From Candidatus Eiseniibacteriota bacterium (GTDB lineage Bacteria > Eisenbacteria > RBG-16-71-46 > JABDJR01), in contig CAVXKA010000003.1 of NCBI GenBank assembly GCA_963762255.1, positions 32,001 through 96,000 of the forward strand: a stretch of DNA of 64,000 bases, read 5' to 3'. Both the position numbers and the translations under genes were made by a program. The notes below the pieces were generated by a model. That model searched no databases, was not told where the DNA came from, and worked only from the letters and a program-made list of their open reading frames with translations. Shown here in pieces: positions 1 to 9,971 of this stretch. The stretch's first letter is position 1. Every line of letters begins with the position of its first letter.

Positions 1-309
1 ATAGTCCTCGTACCGATCGTCGGCTTTGCTCTTGAGCCAGGCGGCGAGACCGACCCCCGCGGCGAGCCCGACCCCTGAAGCCACGATTCCCGCGATGGGA
101 CGCGACGATGCAGAAGGCAGCGCGAATGCGCGCGCGCTGTCCGCGGGTGCCGCCCCGGGATACGCGAGCGCTGCGGGCGAGGATTCCGGGTATGCAAGCG
201 ATGCCTGCGACTTGGCCGGCGGAGCGGCGACGCCCATCGCCGGGATCGCGAGCGCGCAGACCTGCGCGATCAGGCAGATGAGGGCGGCCCGGCACCGGCG
301 CGATTTCAT
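1..309 (-). CDS. Hypothetical membrane/secreted protein, 3' end outside the window
   Basis: ATG at 309 overlaps the upstream stop (ATGA). It reads MKSRRCRAALICLIAQVCALAIPA...GIVASGVGLAAGVGLAAWLKSKADDRYEDY, i.e. a signal-like N-terminus plus a hydrophobic helix. Not in the ORF track. Confidence 0.6.
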   Translation of the reverse strand, partial: MKSRRCRAALICLIAQVCALAIPAMGVAAPPAKSQASLAYPESSPAALAYPGAAPADSARAFALPSASSRPIAGIVASGVGLAAGVGLAAWLKSKADDRYEDY

Positions 310-1388
310 CGTTCTCTCCGGTAGACGATCAAGGTTCCCTTGGCTCCGCCTGCGACGAGGAAATCCCCGAGGACGAGCGGTGCGGCCAGGAGCAGTTCCG
401 AATGATGATACGTCGCGCCCGGCTGCCCGTCGGCTCCGACCGCGGCCAGGGTCCCGCGCGGGCAGGCCTGGACCACGCCATCGCCGTCCGGCGCGGGCGG
501 CGTCACCAGCGGCGACGCCAGCGCGCGCGACCACACGATCTCCAGTCCGGCGGCGCGAAGTCGCAGGAGGCGACCGTCGCGCAACGCGACGGAGACCGAT
601 TCGCCGAACACGATCGGAGGTCCGGCCGGCGCGCCTCCCAGATCCCGCCGGGCGATCGGCTCGCCGGTCAACGGATCGAGGAGCATGAGTTCGCCCGTCT
701 CGGTCAGCGCGGCGAACGGATCGCCGCTCGGCGCCAACCACGGAAGCCCGCCGAGGCTCCGTCCCCACACGCGCTTCCCCGTGGCCAGATCGAGCGCCAC
801 CAGCGAGTCGGGGCGCACCGGCACCAGGACGCTCCCCTCGGCGGGCCGCACGACCGGAGGCCTCCAACCCGCACCGGGAAGACGCGCCTCCCATCGACGC
901 GCACCGGTGGCCGCGTCCAGGCGCACGATGCGCCCGCCGCGCGCGACGACCACCAACGCGGTGTCCGCTGCTGCAGGGACCGCCGGAAACGCGAAGGACT
1001 CCTTCCAGAGAACTTCGCCGGTCTCGAGGTCCACTCCCTCCACGATGTAGCGCGGAGCGTCGGTGGCGACCACCACTGTCGACCCGCACACGAGCGGACT
1101 CGCCATGGGCGATGAGAAGAGCTTGCACTTCCAGCGCTCTGCACCGTCGTCCAGAGCGAGCCGCCACAACTTGCCGTCCGTGGTGGCGGCGAGGAGCGTG
1201 CCTCGGGCGACGACCGGCGGGTGCTCGAGCGCGCGACCGAGGTCTCGTGACCACACCCGCGCGGGGCCCGTTGCGTCCGGCATGCCGAGCGGATCTCGCA
1301 ACTCAAGATCGGGCCGCCCCGCGCAGCCGGCCAGCGCCGCCGCCGCCGCGCACGCGAGGACGACCTTCCTAGTAGTTGTAGCCCACAA
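306..1388 (-). CDS. PQQ-like beta-propeller lipoprotein (BamB-like)
   Basis: Lipobox LAGC and repeated 'D..tG...W' PQQ-type blades (ALDDGAERW, DLETGEVLW, DAATGARRW, DLATGKRVW). The TTG start at 1388 is inferred. Confidence 0.8.
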   Translation of the reverse strand: MWATTTRKVVLACAAAAALAGCAGRPDLELRDPLGMPDATGPARVWSRDLGRALEHPPVVARGTLLAATTDGKLWRLALDDGAERWKCKLFSSPMASPLVCGSTVVVATDAPRYIVEGVDLETGEVLWKESFAFPAVPAAADTALVVVARGGRIVRLDAATGARRWEARLPGAGWRPPVVRPAEGSVLVPVRPDSLVALDLATGKRVWGRSLGGLPWLAPSGDPFAALTETGELMLLDPLTGEPIARRDLGGAPAGPPIVFGESVSVALRDGRLLRLRAAGLEIVWSRALASPLVTPPAPDGDGVVQACPRGTLAAVGADGQPGATYHHSELLLAAPLVLGDFLVAGGAKGTLIVYRRER

Positions 1389-4182
1389 AGAAGTCCACCT
1401 CCGTGCGGGGCCACACCCGCGTGAAGTCGGTGCGCTTGGCCAGGTCGAGCCGCAGCACCAGGAAGCCTGCGAGGTTCGTTCGGAACCCCAGCCCGAAGCT
1501 CCCCAAGACGTCGTCGACGTGCTCCCCTTCCTCCCACGCTTGCCCGGCGTCGAGGAACAGCGCGCCCTGCACTCCGGGCAGTCCGATCGCGCCGATGGGA
1601 AGCCCGAGCACGATGCCGTCCAACAATGGGAACCGCCATTCCTGGTTGAGGAGCACCGCGCGCGTTCCAACCAGTCCACGCCGCGGATAGCCGCGGAAGG
1701 ACCACGAGCCGCCGAGCAGAAACCGCTGCGGAAGCGATCCCTCGGAGATACGGCCCTGCGCGCGCACCGCGTAGGCGGTGCGCAGCCCCGTGCGGAAGTA
1801 GCGCCGCACGTCCACCAGCGCGAAGACGTTCTCGACTTCCACCCGCTCCAGGTTCGTGTGAAGCCCGACGGTCAGGTTGGTCCGCATGCCGTCGATGGGG
1901 CCGGTGTCGAACCACAGCGAGGTGTCGTGGACATAGGAGAGCGTGTTCTGAACCAGCACCGCCGAGCGCGCGGGGCGGAACGAGTCGGCCTCGCGATCGG
2001 AGTGAAGGAAGCCGAGGCTCGATTCGATGCGGGTGTAGCGGGAGTACGGATAGGAGCCGATCACCGAGGCCCCCGCGCGCCGCTCGAAGTACCACTGCCC
2101 CAACTCATCGAGAAAATCCCCCGCGAAGTGATAGGCGGAGACTCCATAGTTGAAGCGGCGCTTCATATTGAAGTAGGTCACCCCCAGGTTGAAGCGACTC
2201 ACGAGATCGCCGAACTCCTGCGCGGTGTTCGCCACCTGCACGAAGATGAGCCGATCCCCGAGTTGATCGGAGAAGAGCGCCTGCAACCCTTCCGCCGACC
2301 CCACCGAGGGCTCGACGGCGATGCCCCCCTGCGCGAGGTCGAGCGTGAACCGACTTCGATAGGGCGACTCGCGGGCGACCAGGCTGTCGGCGCCCCCGCG
2401 CCAGGTCCAACCGGGCCATCTGAGCGCGGGGAGGCTCGGCGCCAGCGTGTCCCCCTTGGCCTCGACGCGTCCCTTGTAGATCCCGAATCGCCCTTTCGCC
2501 ATGCCGGTGAAGAGGAGTTCGCGGCCGTTCGGACGCCACACCGGGTCGGTCGCTCCGCCCAGGAGCGCTGTCACGCGTGTCGATGCGCCTGTCGAGTCGG
2601 CCACATAGATCTGCGAGAACCCCTCGCGCGTGGACGCGTACGCGAGTCGCTCCCCGTCCCACGACCAGGACGGCGCACTGTCCTCCCAGCGCCCGAAGGT
2701 GAACGGCTTCACCGTCCCCGCGGCCACGTCCAGGAGAAAGATGTTGCGCGCCCCCTCCTCACCCCATGGCACGCGGTCGGAGACGAAGGCGATCGTTCGC
2801 CCGTCCGGGGACCAGGCGGGGTCGTCGTCCTGATAGCGATCCGCCGTGACGGGACGCAGCGACTGGGTGTCCAGGTCGAAGAGGTAGAGATCCTGCATCC
2901 CCAGACCGGAGAGCCCCACGAACACGACCTCGCGGCCGTCGGGACGGAACGCGGGCGAACGCAGAGAGATCAGCCCCTCGAACTGCCACTTCCCCACCAG
3001 CCGGTCGGCGCGCAGGTCGTAGAGGAAGAGGCCGTCCCTCTCGTGGAACTTGCTCACGAAGGCGAGCAATCCGTCCTTGCTGATCGACATCCGGCTTTCG
3101 AACCCGTGGAATGACTCGAATTCCGGGCGGCGCTGTCCGCGCACCACTTCCTCGACATCCTTCTCCTCGCCGCGCAGCGACCCGCGGTAGATGTTCATGA
3201 AGCCGTTGCGGGGAGAGAGGAAGTAATAACGCTCGGAATCGAGCGCGCTCCCCGGCGGAGGAACGGCGGCCTGGAAGTTCGCGCCCTGCTTCACGGCGAG
3301 CGGAGCGGCGGCGAGCTTGAGCGGTTCGCCGCTCTCGACACGCGGGTAGTAGCGGCGGTGGAGATCGTGATGCCAGCGTTCGCTCAATTGATCGAGCGGC
3401 GTCTCGGTCACGCGCGCCAGCGCTTCCTCGAAAGTCGCCGACCGCCACAGTTCGTCATAGAGGGCCGGCACCACATCCGGCCCGAACTCGCGCTCCAGAA
3501 AGCGCACGAGATCCTGGCCGATCTTGTAGATGACGAACGTTCCCGAGTATCGCCAGAGGCCGTCGATGGGGGGCAAGAGATCGTTGAGAACGAGATCGCT
3601 CAGGAAGAGATCGCCGGTCGCATCCCATTCCGCCGACCAGGCCTCGGCCATCCCCTCCGTGAGCCAGAGCGGCGGGCCGGCGTACGCGTTCCGGTAGTGC
3701 AGGCGGAAATCCTCCGCCGAGCGGGAGAGCTGGAACACGTGCACCAGCTCGTGGTGGATCACCTGCTCGAAATCGTGGTAGGAGCCGTTGAAGGGAATCG
3801 CTACGCGGCCCTTGAGGAATTCGGTGAACCCGGCCACGCCTTCGGGGAGGAAATAGGACGAGACGTTCGTCTGCTGAAACTCGTGGTGACTGGAGTAGAT
3901 GATGAGCGGGATCTTCCGCGCGACCTCGTGGCGGAAGCGCGCCGAGATGTCGCCGTACGCCTCTTCGGCGATGCGCAGCGCGGTGTGAGCGAGGGTGTCC
4001 TCTCCGGTGTAGAAGTAGAGCTGCAGGTGCTCGCTCTCCAGCACGCGCCAGGTGAAGTCGACGTACTGGATCTTGTTCTTGCCGAAGAGCGCGGTCTGGG
4101 CATGCGCGGCGCGCGCGCCGGCGGACAGGGCGAGGGTGACGGCGAGGACGACGATGCCCCGACTGCCGAGACGGCTCAGGAT
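1369..4182 (-). CDS. Omp85/BamA-family protein with N-terminal zinc metallopeptidase and TolB-like PD40 propeller
   Basis: FGKNKIQY N-terminus, HELVH...WLTEGMAE, PD40 repeats (PAWSPDG, PSWSWDG), FRGY loop motif and C-terminal FFVGYNY. The frame extends through a signal peptide to ATC 4182/CTG 4179, just behind SD GAGGAGG. Confidence 0.85.
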   Translation of the reverse strand: MLSRLGSRGIVVLAVTLALSAGARAAHAQTALFGKNKIQYVDFTWRVLESEHLQLYFYTGEDTLAHTALRIAEEAYGDISARFRHEVARKIPLIIYSSHHEFQQTNVSSYFLPEGVAGFTEFLKGRVAIPFNGSYHDFEQVIHHELVHVFQLSRSAEDFRLHYRNAYAGPPLWLTEGMAEAWSAEWDATGDLFLSDLVLNDLLPPIDGLWRYSGTFVIYKIGQDLVRFLEREFGPDVVPALYDELWRSATFEEALARVTETPLDQLSERWHHDLHRRYYPRVESGEPLKLAAAPLAVKQGANFQAAVPPPGSALDSERYYFLSPRNGFMNIYRGSLRGEEKDVEEVVRGQRRPEFESFHGFESRMSISKDGLLAFVSKFHERDGLFLYDLRADRLVGKWQFEGLISLRSPAFRPDGREVVFVGLSGLGMQDLYLFDLDTQSLRPVTADRYQDDDPAWSPDGRTIAFVSDRVPWGEEGARNIFLLDVAAGTVKPFTFGRWEDSAPSWSWDGERLAYASTREGFSQIYVADSTGASTRVTALLGGATDPVWRPNGRELLFTGMAKGRFGIYKGRVEAKGDTLAPSLPALRWPGWTWRGGADSLVARESPYRSRFTLDLAQGGIAVEPSVGSAEGLQALFSDQLGDRLIFVQVANTAQEFGDLVSRFNLGVTYFNMKRRFNYGVSAYHFAGDFLDELGQWYFERRAGASVIGSYPYSRYTRIESSLGFLHSDREADSFRPARSAVLVQNTLSYVHDTSLWFDTGPIDGMRTNLTVGLHTNLERVEVENVFALVDVRRYFRTGLRTAYAVRAQGRISEGSLPQRFLLGGSWSFRGYPRRGLVGTRAVLLNQEWRFPLLDGIVLGLPIGAIGLPGVQGALFLDAGQAWEEGEHVDDVLGSFGLGFRTNLAGFLVLRLDLAKRTDFTRVWPRTEVDFFVGYNY

Positions 4183-4246
4183 GCGGTACCTCCTCGAACG
4201 ACGGTCGGCCGCGCGAGGGGTGCGCGACGCAAAAGAAAGATCGCGG

Positions 4247-4630
4247 CCGAGACTTCCATAAGCCGAATTCTGTCGAGCCCGAGGCCTCTTTGGGAAGCCC
4301 CGAGCCGGATGGTCATTTCTCTAGGAGGCGCGTTACCGCGCCCCTCAAGCGACCTACCCGAGGGTCATAGCGAGGCGGGCCACCTCATCCCCTCCTATTT
4401 GGTCTTGCTCCGGGTGGGGTTTACCGAGCCGCCGGAGTCGCCCCCGACGCTGGTGAGCTCTTACCTCACCGTTTCACCCTTACCGGCGGGCTTGCGCCCG
4501 CAGGCGGTTTGCTTTCTGTTGCACTTTCCGTGGGATCGCTCCCCCTGGGAGTTATCCAGCACCCTGCCCTGTGGAGTTCGGACTTTCCTCAGCGCCCTCA
4601 AGGAGCGCCGCGACCATCTGGAAGTCTCGG
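4247..4630 (-). ncRNA. rnpB: RNase P RNA (class A)
   Basis: Hallmark motifs GAGGAAAGTCC, GGAAAGTGCAACAGAAA and ACAGAATTCGGCTTA. The P1 ends CCGAGACTTCC and GGAAGTCTCGG are complementary. Confidence 0.97.
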
Positions 4631-5094
4631 TTCGCGAGAGCCTTGCGGCTCGCGCCTGAGTATACGCTAGAAGTTGCGGGGATGGGGCACCAGGGAGCCG
4701 TCGGGTACCGCCCTGTTCAGTTCGTGTCGATCCGCGCGAACGTGTCAAAGATCACCCGGGTGAGCATCGTGTCCAGCCGAGCGGACTGTTGCTTGCGCGG
4801 GCGCGGCGCAGCCGGATCGCCCCGCGAACGACGAAGGGCCTCTGAGGCGCGGCGGGCGCGACGCGGCGCCGTTGAACTAACGCCGGGCGGCACGAAATTG
4901 AAACGCAGAAATGCGCCATTTTCCCCGGGGAAAGTGCGCCGCGAAGCGGGGGCCCGCCGCGGCGAAGGAGCGAGCGATGAACGCTCCAGCGGAGCGTTCG
5001 CGCGAGCGCGCCCGAGGAGGGCGCGGGGCGAGATGGCGAGAGCCGCGCTCCGCGCAACGCGCGGGGCGAGACGGCGACAGTCGCGCCCGCGTGC

Positions 5095-5505
5095 CTAGCG
5101 CCGCTTGTCCAGCGCCTCGTTCGCCAGCTCGTCCGCACGGGCGTTCTCTTCGCGCGGCACGTGCCGGAACTTCGCGACCAGGAAGCGCGTGAGCTTGCGG
5201 CGCACCTGCTCGTTCAGGAACTTCATCTTCGCGTCGCGCACCTTGTACTCGCCGTTCATCTGCTTGACGATCAACTCGGAGTCGAGCAGGAACTCGGCAT
5301 GGCGCGCGCCGAGGTCGATAAGCAGCTCCACCGCGCGCAGGAGTGCGCGATACTCGGCCACGTTGTTCGTGGCGAAACCGATCGCCTCCGAGGCGGTGGC
5401 GATCTCGGTTCCCGCCTCGTCCTCGATCGTCACCCCGAGCGCGGAGGGGCCGGGGTTTCCCCGCGAGGCCCCGTCGGTGCGTGCGCGATAGAGCGGAAAA
5501 CTCAA
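5095..5505 (-). CDS. rnhA: Ribonuclease HI
   Basis: Motifs TDGASRGNPGP, TNNVAEY, DSELI and HVPREENARADELAN. The TTG start overlaps the upstream stop. Confidence 0.92.
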   Translation of the reverse strand: MSFPLYRARTDGASRGNPGPSALGVTIEDEAGTEIATASEAIGFATNNVAEYRALLRAVELLIDLGARHAEFLLDSELIVKQMNGEYKVRDAKMKFLNEQVRRKLTRFLVAKFRHVPREENARADELANEALDKRR

Positions 5506-6227
5506 AAGGTAGCCTCGGCCACGTCCCACACCAGGAACCGGCCGCAGCTCTCGCAGGTGTACACCACCAGTTCCTTGCGAATCTCGTTCACCTTCTGCGG
5601 CGGCTGCTGCGTGAAGCACCCGCCGCAGGAGCCGCGCACGATCGGGACCACCGCGGTGCCGCGGTTGCGGACGCGGACGGCGTCGTAGCGGCTCAAGAGC
5701 TTGGGATCGACCGAGGTCACCGCGGTCAGCCGCTGGGCCTGGAGTGCCGCCAGCCGCTTGCGATCCTCCTCGGAACGCTCCACCAACTCCTTCTCGCGCG
5801 CCTTCACCGCTTCCGTCACGTGCACAAGGTCGTCCTTGATCTGCTTCACCCGCTTCGTCGCGCCATCCTCCACCTCGAACGAGGCCAGAACCTGATCCTC
5901 CAGCTCGGATCGGCGGTGCTTCTCGTGCGCGATCTGGTGGTTGAGGGCGGTGTACTCCTCGTTGGTCTTCACGCTCAACTTCTGGGTCTCGAATTTGGCC
6001 ACGTTCTGCTCGGCGGTCTTGATCTCCACTTCGAGGGCCCGGCGCTGTTTGAGGACCTCCTGCAGAGCGGCATCGGCGGCCTTGAGCTGGGCCTCCACCG
6101 CTTGCTGGTCCTCGCGGGCCGCTTCGAGGTTGAGGGGAAGCTGAGCCAGCTCCTCCTCCAACCCCTTGATGCCTAGATCGATCGCTTGCAGGACACGAAG
6201 GCTTTCCAGAGTCTCACTTACGGACAA
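5502..6227 (-). CDS. Coiled-coil protein with C-terminal C4 zinc ribbon (DUF164 type)
   Basis: Long coiled coil followed by CGGC...CESCGRFL. SD AAGGAG precedes TTG 6227. Usual position before rnhA/rnpB. Confidence 0.9.
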   Translation of the reverse strand: MSVSETLESLRVLQAIDLGIKGLEEELAQLPLNLEAAREDQQAVEAQLKAADAALQEVLKQRRALEVEIKTAEQNVAKFETQKLSVKTNEEYTALNHQIAHEKHRRSELEDQVLASFEVEDGATKRVKQIKDDLVHVTEAVKAREKELVERSEEDRKRLAALQAQRLTAVTSVDPKLLSRYDAVRVRNRGTAVVPIVRGSCGGCFTQQPPQKVNEIRKELVVYTCESCGRFLVWDVAEATF

Positions 6228-6320
6228 GGCGGTTCTCCTTTGCACGGGGGACAGGCAAGGTGGACCCGGGTGTCGGGAACCCGAGTCGGAGACCCGGCAT
6301 TCGGGCACAAGAAGGGGCAC

Positions 6321-6351
6321 AAAAAAAACGTGCGCCCGAGGGCACACGTTT
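6321..6351 (-). terminator. Intrinsic terminator downstream of tRNA-Val
   Basis: Hairpin ACGTGTGCCC-TC-GGGCGCACG(T) followed by T8 on the minus strand. Confidence 0.75.
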
Positions 6352-6466
6352 GGGGGGGGATCCGCACCCGCGCCGCACCGCGCTTGGGGCGGGCGGACCG
6401 GGCCGGCGTACCGCGCCGCTCGCAGCAGGCTGGGGATCCCCGCGCCTCGAGAGGCGCAGCAAAATA

Positions 6467-6542
6467 TGGTGGGCGAAAGAGGACTTGAACCTCTGACCCC
6501 GTGCATGTGAGGCACGTGCTCTGCCAACTGAGCTACTCGCCC
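6467..6542 (-). tRNA. tRNA-Val(CAC)
   Basis: 76-nt cloverleaf GGGCGAGTAGCTCAGTTGG...anticodon loop CTCACAT...GGTTCAAGTCC...CACCA. Confidence 0.96.
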
Positions 6543-6556
6543 GCATAGAGCGGAAG

Positions 6557-6585
6557 ACTGTAGCACGCGTTCCCGGGTCTGACAA
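6557..6585 (-). promoter_or_regulatory. Sigma70 promoter of tRNA-Val
   Basis: TTGTCA-17 nt-TACAGT with extended TG. Confidence 0.65.
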
Positions 6586-6657
6586 GGAGGCCGCGCCCGG
6601 GATCGGCCTCCGCGAGCCCGTGGGGCGGGCCCGAGTCACCGTAGGCGGCCGGAAACC

Positions 6658-8420
6658 TCAGGGCTCCGCCTCCGGCTCCCGCTCCGGTGCGGGGCCCTCC
6701 CGGCGTAACAGATAGACGACCCGCTCCCGCGAGCGGTTCCAGACCTCGGCGCGCTCCTCGAAGAACGCGGTCACCTGCTGCCAGGCCTCGGTGGGCACGC
6801 CGGCACGATGCAGAACGAAAAACGCGACGCCGATGCGTCGCATATCGTCCAGAGCGGCGCCCGCCGTGGCCGCGTGGGTCAGACGGCCGCGAAGGTCCAG
6901 CTTCGCTTCCAACTCCAACGCGGGCATGGATACGCGTGGAAGATGGCCGCTCACGAGCGGACGCCGGTGCACGATCTGGCGGAAGGCGTAGATGTTCGGA
7001 TTCTCCCGCTGCAACGTGAGCTCGAACACCGCCCCCGGCGAGGGATCCTCGAGCATCTCGACGTAGAGGTTCTCCGTGCGGACGGCGTCGTATCCGCGCG
7101 GAATCACCAGCGATTCAGCGAGTGCGAGCGGCACGAGGAGATACGCGAGCCTCCCCCACCTTCCGCGCACCGCCGCGAAGCCCGCCGCAACGAGCGGGGC
7201 CAGGGCGATGAAGATCATCGGGACGAATCGCGAGGGGACTCGGCAGGCGCCTACGAACGGGAAGATCTTCTCGAGCGCGGCGTAGAGGGAGATGGGCGCG
7301 TCGAGGCGCTTCCCGCCGATCCAGACTCCCGGTCCCAGCGCAAGCAACAACCCGGTGGCGGCGGTGAGGAGCAGCACGAGCCCGGGGCGTCCCATCCGGC
7401 GCGCGCCCAGGACGGCCAGCACGGTGAAGACGATCCCCAGGAACACCTCGTTCCCGCCGACGCCGTGAAGGCGACCCGCCCACGCGCGCGGAGACCCCGC
7501 CAAGGAGCGCCGCCCTGCGGCGGCGTAACGAATCCCAAGAGGTCCGGAGACCAGCGGGTAAGTTCTTCCGCCGACCAGGTTTGTGCCCGAGACTTCACAA
7601 GCCACACCAACCATTCCCAGATGAAGGGAAGGGTCCCGATCGCGACCGCGGCGCCCGCGACGGGGATGCGCCAGCGCCAGCCCGTGCGGATCCGACTCCG
7701 ATCCAGGATCGCCGTCCAGATCAGCCATACGCCGATCAAGGTCGCGGTCACCGCGAGGTTGGTGAAGCTCGTTCCGGCAAGACCGGCGCCGCACCCGACC
7801 AGCGCGAGGAGGGTCCACCCCGGCTTGCGCTCTTGTGCGCGCGGGCCTCCCATGCCGAAGTCGAAGATCCACGGCGTGACGGCCAGCGCGGCGAGCGGGA
7901 TCCAGTAGTTGGAGAGGAGGTTCAGGTGCTCGAGGTGATGGATGCGAAACGGCGAGAAGGCGACCAGGAGCCCGGCCAGCATCGCGCCCGCCGTGGAGCC
8001 GGACAGGCGGCGCGCGAAGAGGAAGGTCGCGACTCCGCAGAGCACGAAGGTGACCGACACCCAGAGGTTGTGAGCGAAGGCGGCAGTGGCGATGGAGTTG
8101 GAGATCGCGAAGAACGGCACGGAGAGGAGCCCGTAGAGCGGACCGAACTCGGTGAAGGAGAGGCTCGTTCCCGCCGGGTAGTAGAGCAGGTTCGTGAAGA
8201 AGATGCTGCGGCCCTGGGAGATCGCCTCGTGGACCCACCACAGGTTCCAGAAGTCCGCGAAGTTGTCGCCGGAGAAGCTGCGGAAGGTGCGGTGGGCAAG
8301 GTCGGGCATCACCGCGGAGAGCACGACGAGGGTCGCGACGACGTACACGGCGAGTGCGACGAGATGGGGACTCGTCTGACGCCCGCCGGCGCGGGTCTTG
8401 TCGCCGTTCGCTCGTGCCAA
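6658..8420 (-). CDS. GT-C-like polytopic membrane glycosyltransferase (frameshift at ~7480-7510)
   Basis: GD...NLWWVH, FFTNLLYYPAG, HLEHLNL and RVPSRF motifs with many TM helices. Split between ORFs 7251..8420 and 6658..8427. Confidence 0.65.
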
Positions 8421-8441
8421 CCGTCACCCCGGAGAGAAGAG

Positions 8442-8518
8442 TGGTGGGCCCAGTTGGACTCGAACCAACGACCAGCGGTTTATGAGACCGCCGCTCTAAC
8501 CACCTGAGCTATGGGCCC
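8442..8518 (-). tRNA. tRNA with CAT anticodon, probably tRNA-Ile2 (lysidine)
   Basis: 77-nt GGGCCCATAGCTCAG...CTCATAA...GGGCCCACCA. It lacks initiator features and resembles ileX-type tRNAs; Ile2 versus elongator Met is inferred. Confidence 0.9.
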
Positions 8519-8536
8519 GTCGTAACGCGGTAGAGG

Positions 8537-8565
8537 AGGCTAACAGGCGCACCGGGCCCCATCAA
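8537..8565 (-). promoter_or_regulatory. Sigma70 promoter of tRNA(CAT)
   Basis: TTGATG-17 nt-TAGCCT with extended TG. Confidence 0.55.
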
Positions 8566-8614
8566 CTCAGCGATGCCGGCGTGTACAAGTTCGGGAATTC
8601 CCCGACGCCGCCCC

Positions 8615-9971
8615 CTACCAACCCTTGGTCTCTACGCCCAGCTCCCCCAGGCGAACATCGACCTGCCGGCGAGAGGTCTCCGCGAGCGATTCATCGACGA
8701 GGACGGGGGTGAGAAAGACGAGCAGCTCCACCTCGCTCTGCTCGGTGCGCGTGGAGCGGAAGAGCGCCCCGATGATCGGAAGGCTCCCCAGAATCGGCAG
8801 GCGCCGCACCGTCTCGGTGCGAACGTGGCGCTTGAGCCCGCCGATGACGAGCGTCTCGCCGTCGCGGACCATCACCTCCGTGCTCGCCTCTCGCGTACCG
8901 ATCCGCGGCACGCCCTGCACGGCCGTGTCGAGCACCTCGCTCACTTCGGGGTGCACCGTCATGGTGATGAGGCCGTCCTTGGCGATTCGAGGCGTCACCT
9001 CGAGCCGGACGCCGACCTCGACGAACTCGATCTCCTGCAGGGTGCCTCCGGTTTGGGTCTCCGTCGTGGCGCGCGGGTAGGGTACGCGCTCGCCCACAAG
9101 GATCTCCGCGGTGCGCCCGCTCGCGGTGACCACGCGCGGACTGGAGAGGATCTTCGATTCCACCACTTCCTGCAGGGTGCCCAGGAAGGCCCGGAATTCG
9201 TTGGTCCCGAGCCGGGCGTAGCTGAGCGCGAAGTCGGTCACGGAGGTGAGAGGGTTGCCGGTCGCGTCCACGTCGTGGTTCACACCGTCACGGGTCTGAT
9301 TGAGCCGATACTCCCAGTTGATTCCGATCTCTTGGTCGTCGCCCAGATTCACTTCCATGATGTCGGCGCGGATGAGGATCTGGGGAACGGAAATGTCCAT
9401 GCCCGCGATCATGTCTCCGATCATCCGGATCTGCGAGGGGACGCCCTGGACGATCAGGGAATTGGTGCGAGCGTCGGCGGCGATGGTCGAGCCACCGAAG
9501 GCCTGTACGAGAATCGGGGCCATCTCCGCCGCGCTCGCGCGCTGCAGCGCGAACCCGCGACTCACGGGCTGATCCGCGGCGCAGACCATCAGATGGCGCC
9601 CCACCACGAAGCCGTCGTAGGAAGTGCCGGAGAAGATCAGCCGGAGCGCGCTGTCCGCGTCGATGTCATGGACCCTGAGCGTCACCGGGGTCTGCGGGAG
9701 GTCGATGCCGGCCAGCACGAGATCGGCCTGGTCGGCGAGAAGACGCAGCACCTCGGGAAGCGGCACGCCGGAAACATCGAGGGTCACCCTTCCCGCTCCA
9801 GGGTCCGCGCTCACGATCGCCGGCGCCTCGGAGAGCGGCTCCGGCGCCTCGGGGAGCGCGGGCGAGCGACTGCGCACTCACCGGCGAACAGGCCAAGAGC
9901 AGCATCGCGGCAACGGTCGAGACGATCCACCATCCGCGGGCCGCAGGGCTCCCGTTTGCTGGCGTCCTCAT
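8615..9971 (-). CDS. Secretin (PilQ/GspD family; frameshift at ~9865 after the signal peptide)
   Basis: ADARTNSLIV N-domain, GVRLEVTPRI, DGETLVIGGL, PILGSLPIIGALFR and ELLVFLTP. The signal peptide lies in ORF 9666..9971, whose ATG overlaps the upstream stop. Confidence 0.9.

Noticed and set aside
4631-5094. ORFs or ncRNA in the rnhA-rnpB gap
   Set aside because: Only low-complexity Arg/Ala-rich ORFs and no convincing fold. A possible -10 (TATACT, 4659-4664) is the only signal.
8554-8570. Imperfect inverted copy of the tRNA 5' end (GGGCCCCATCAACTCAG) as an att site or anti-tRNA element
   Set aside because: It overlaps the -35 element, is inverted rather than direct, and no integrase is present.
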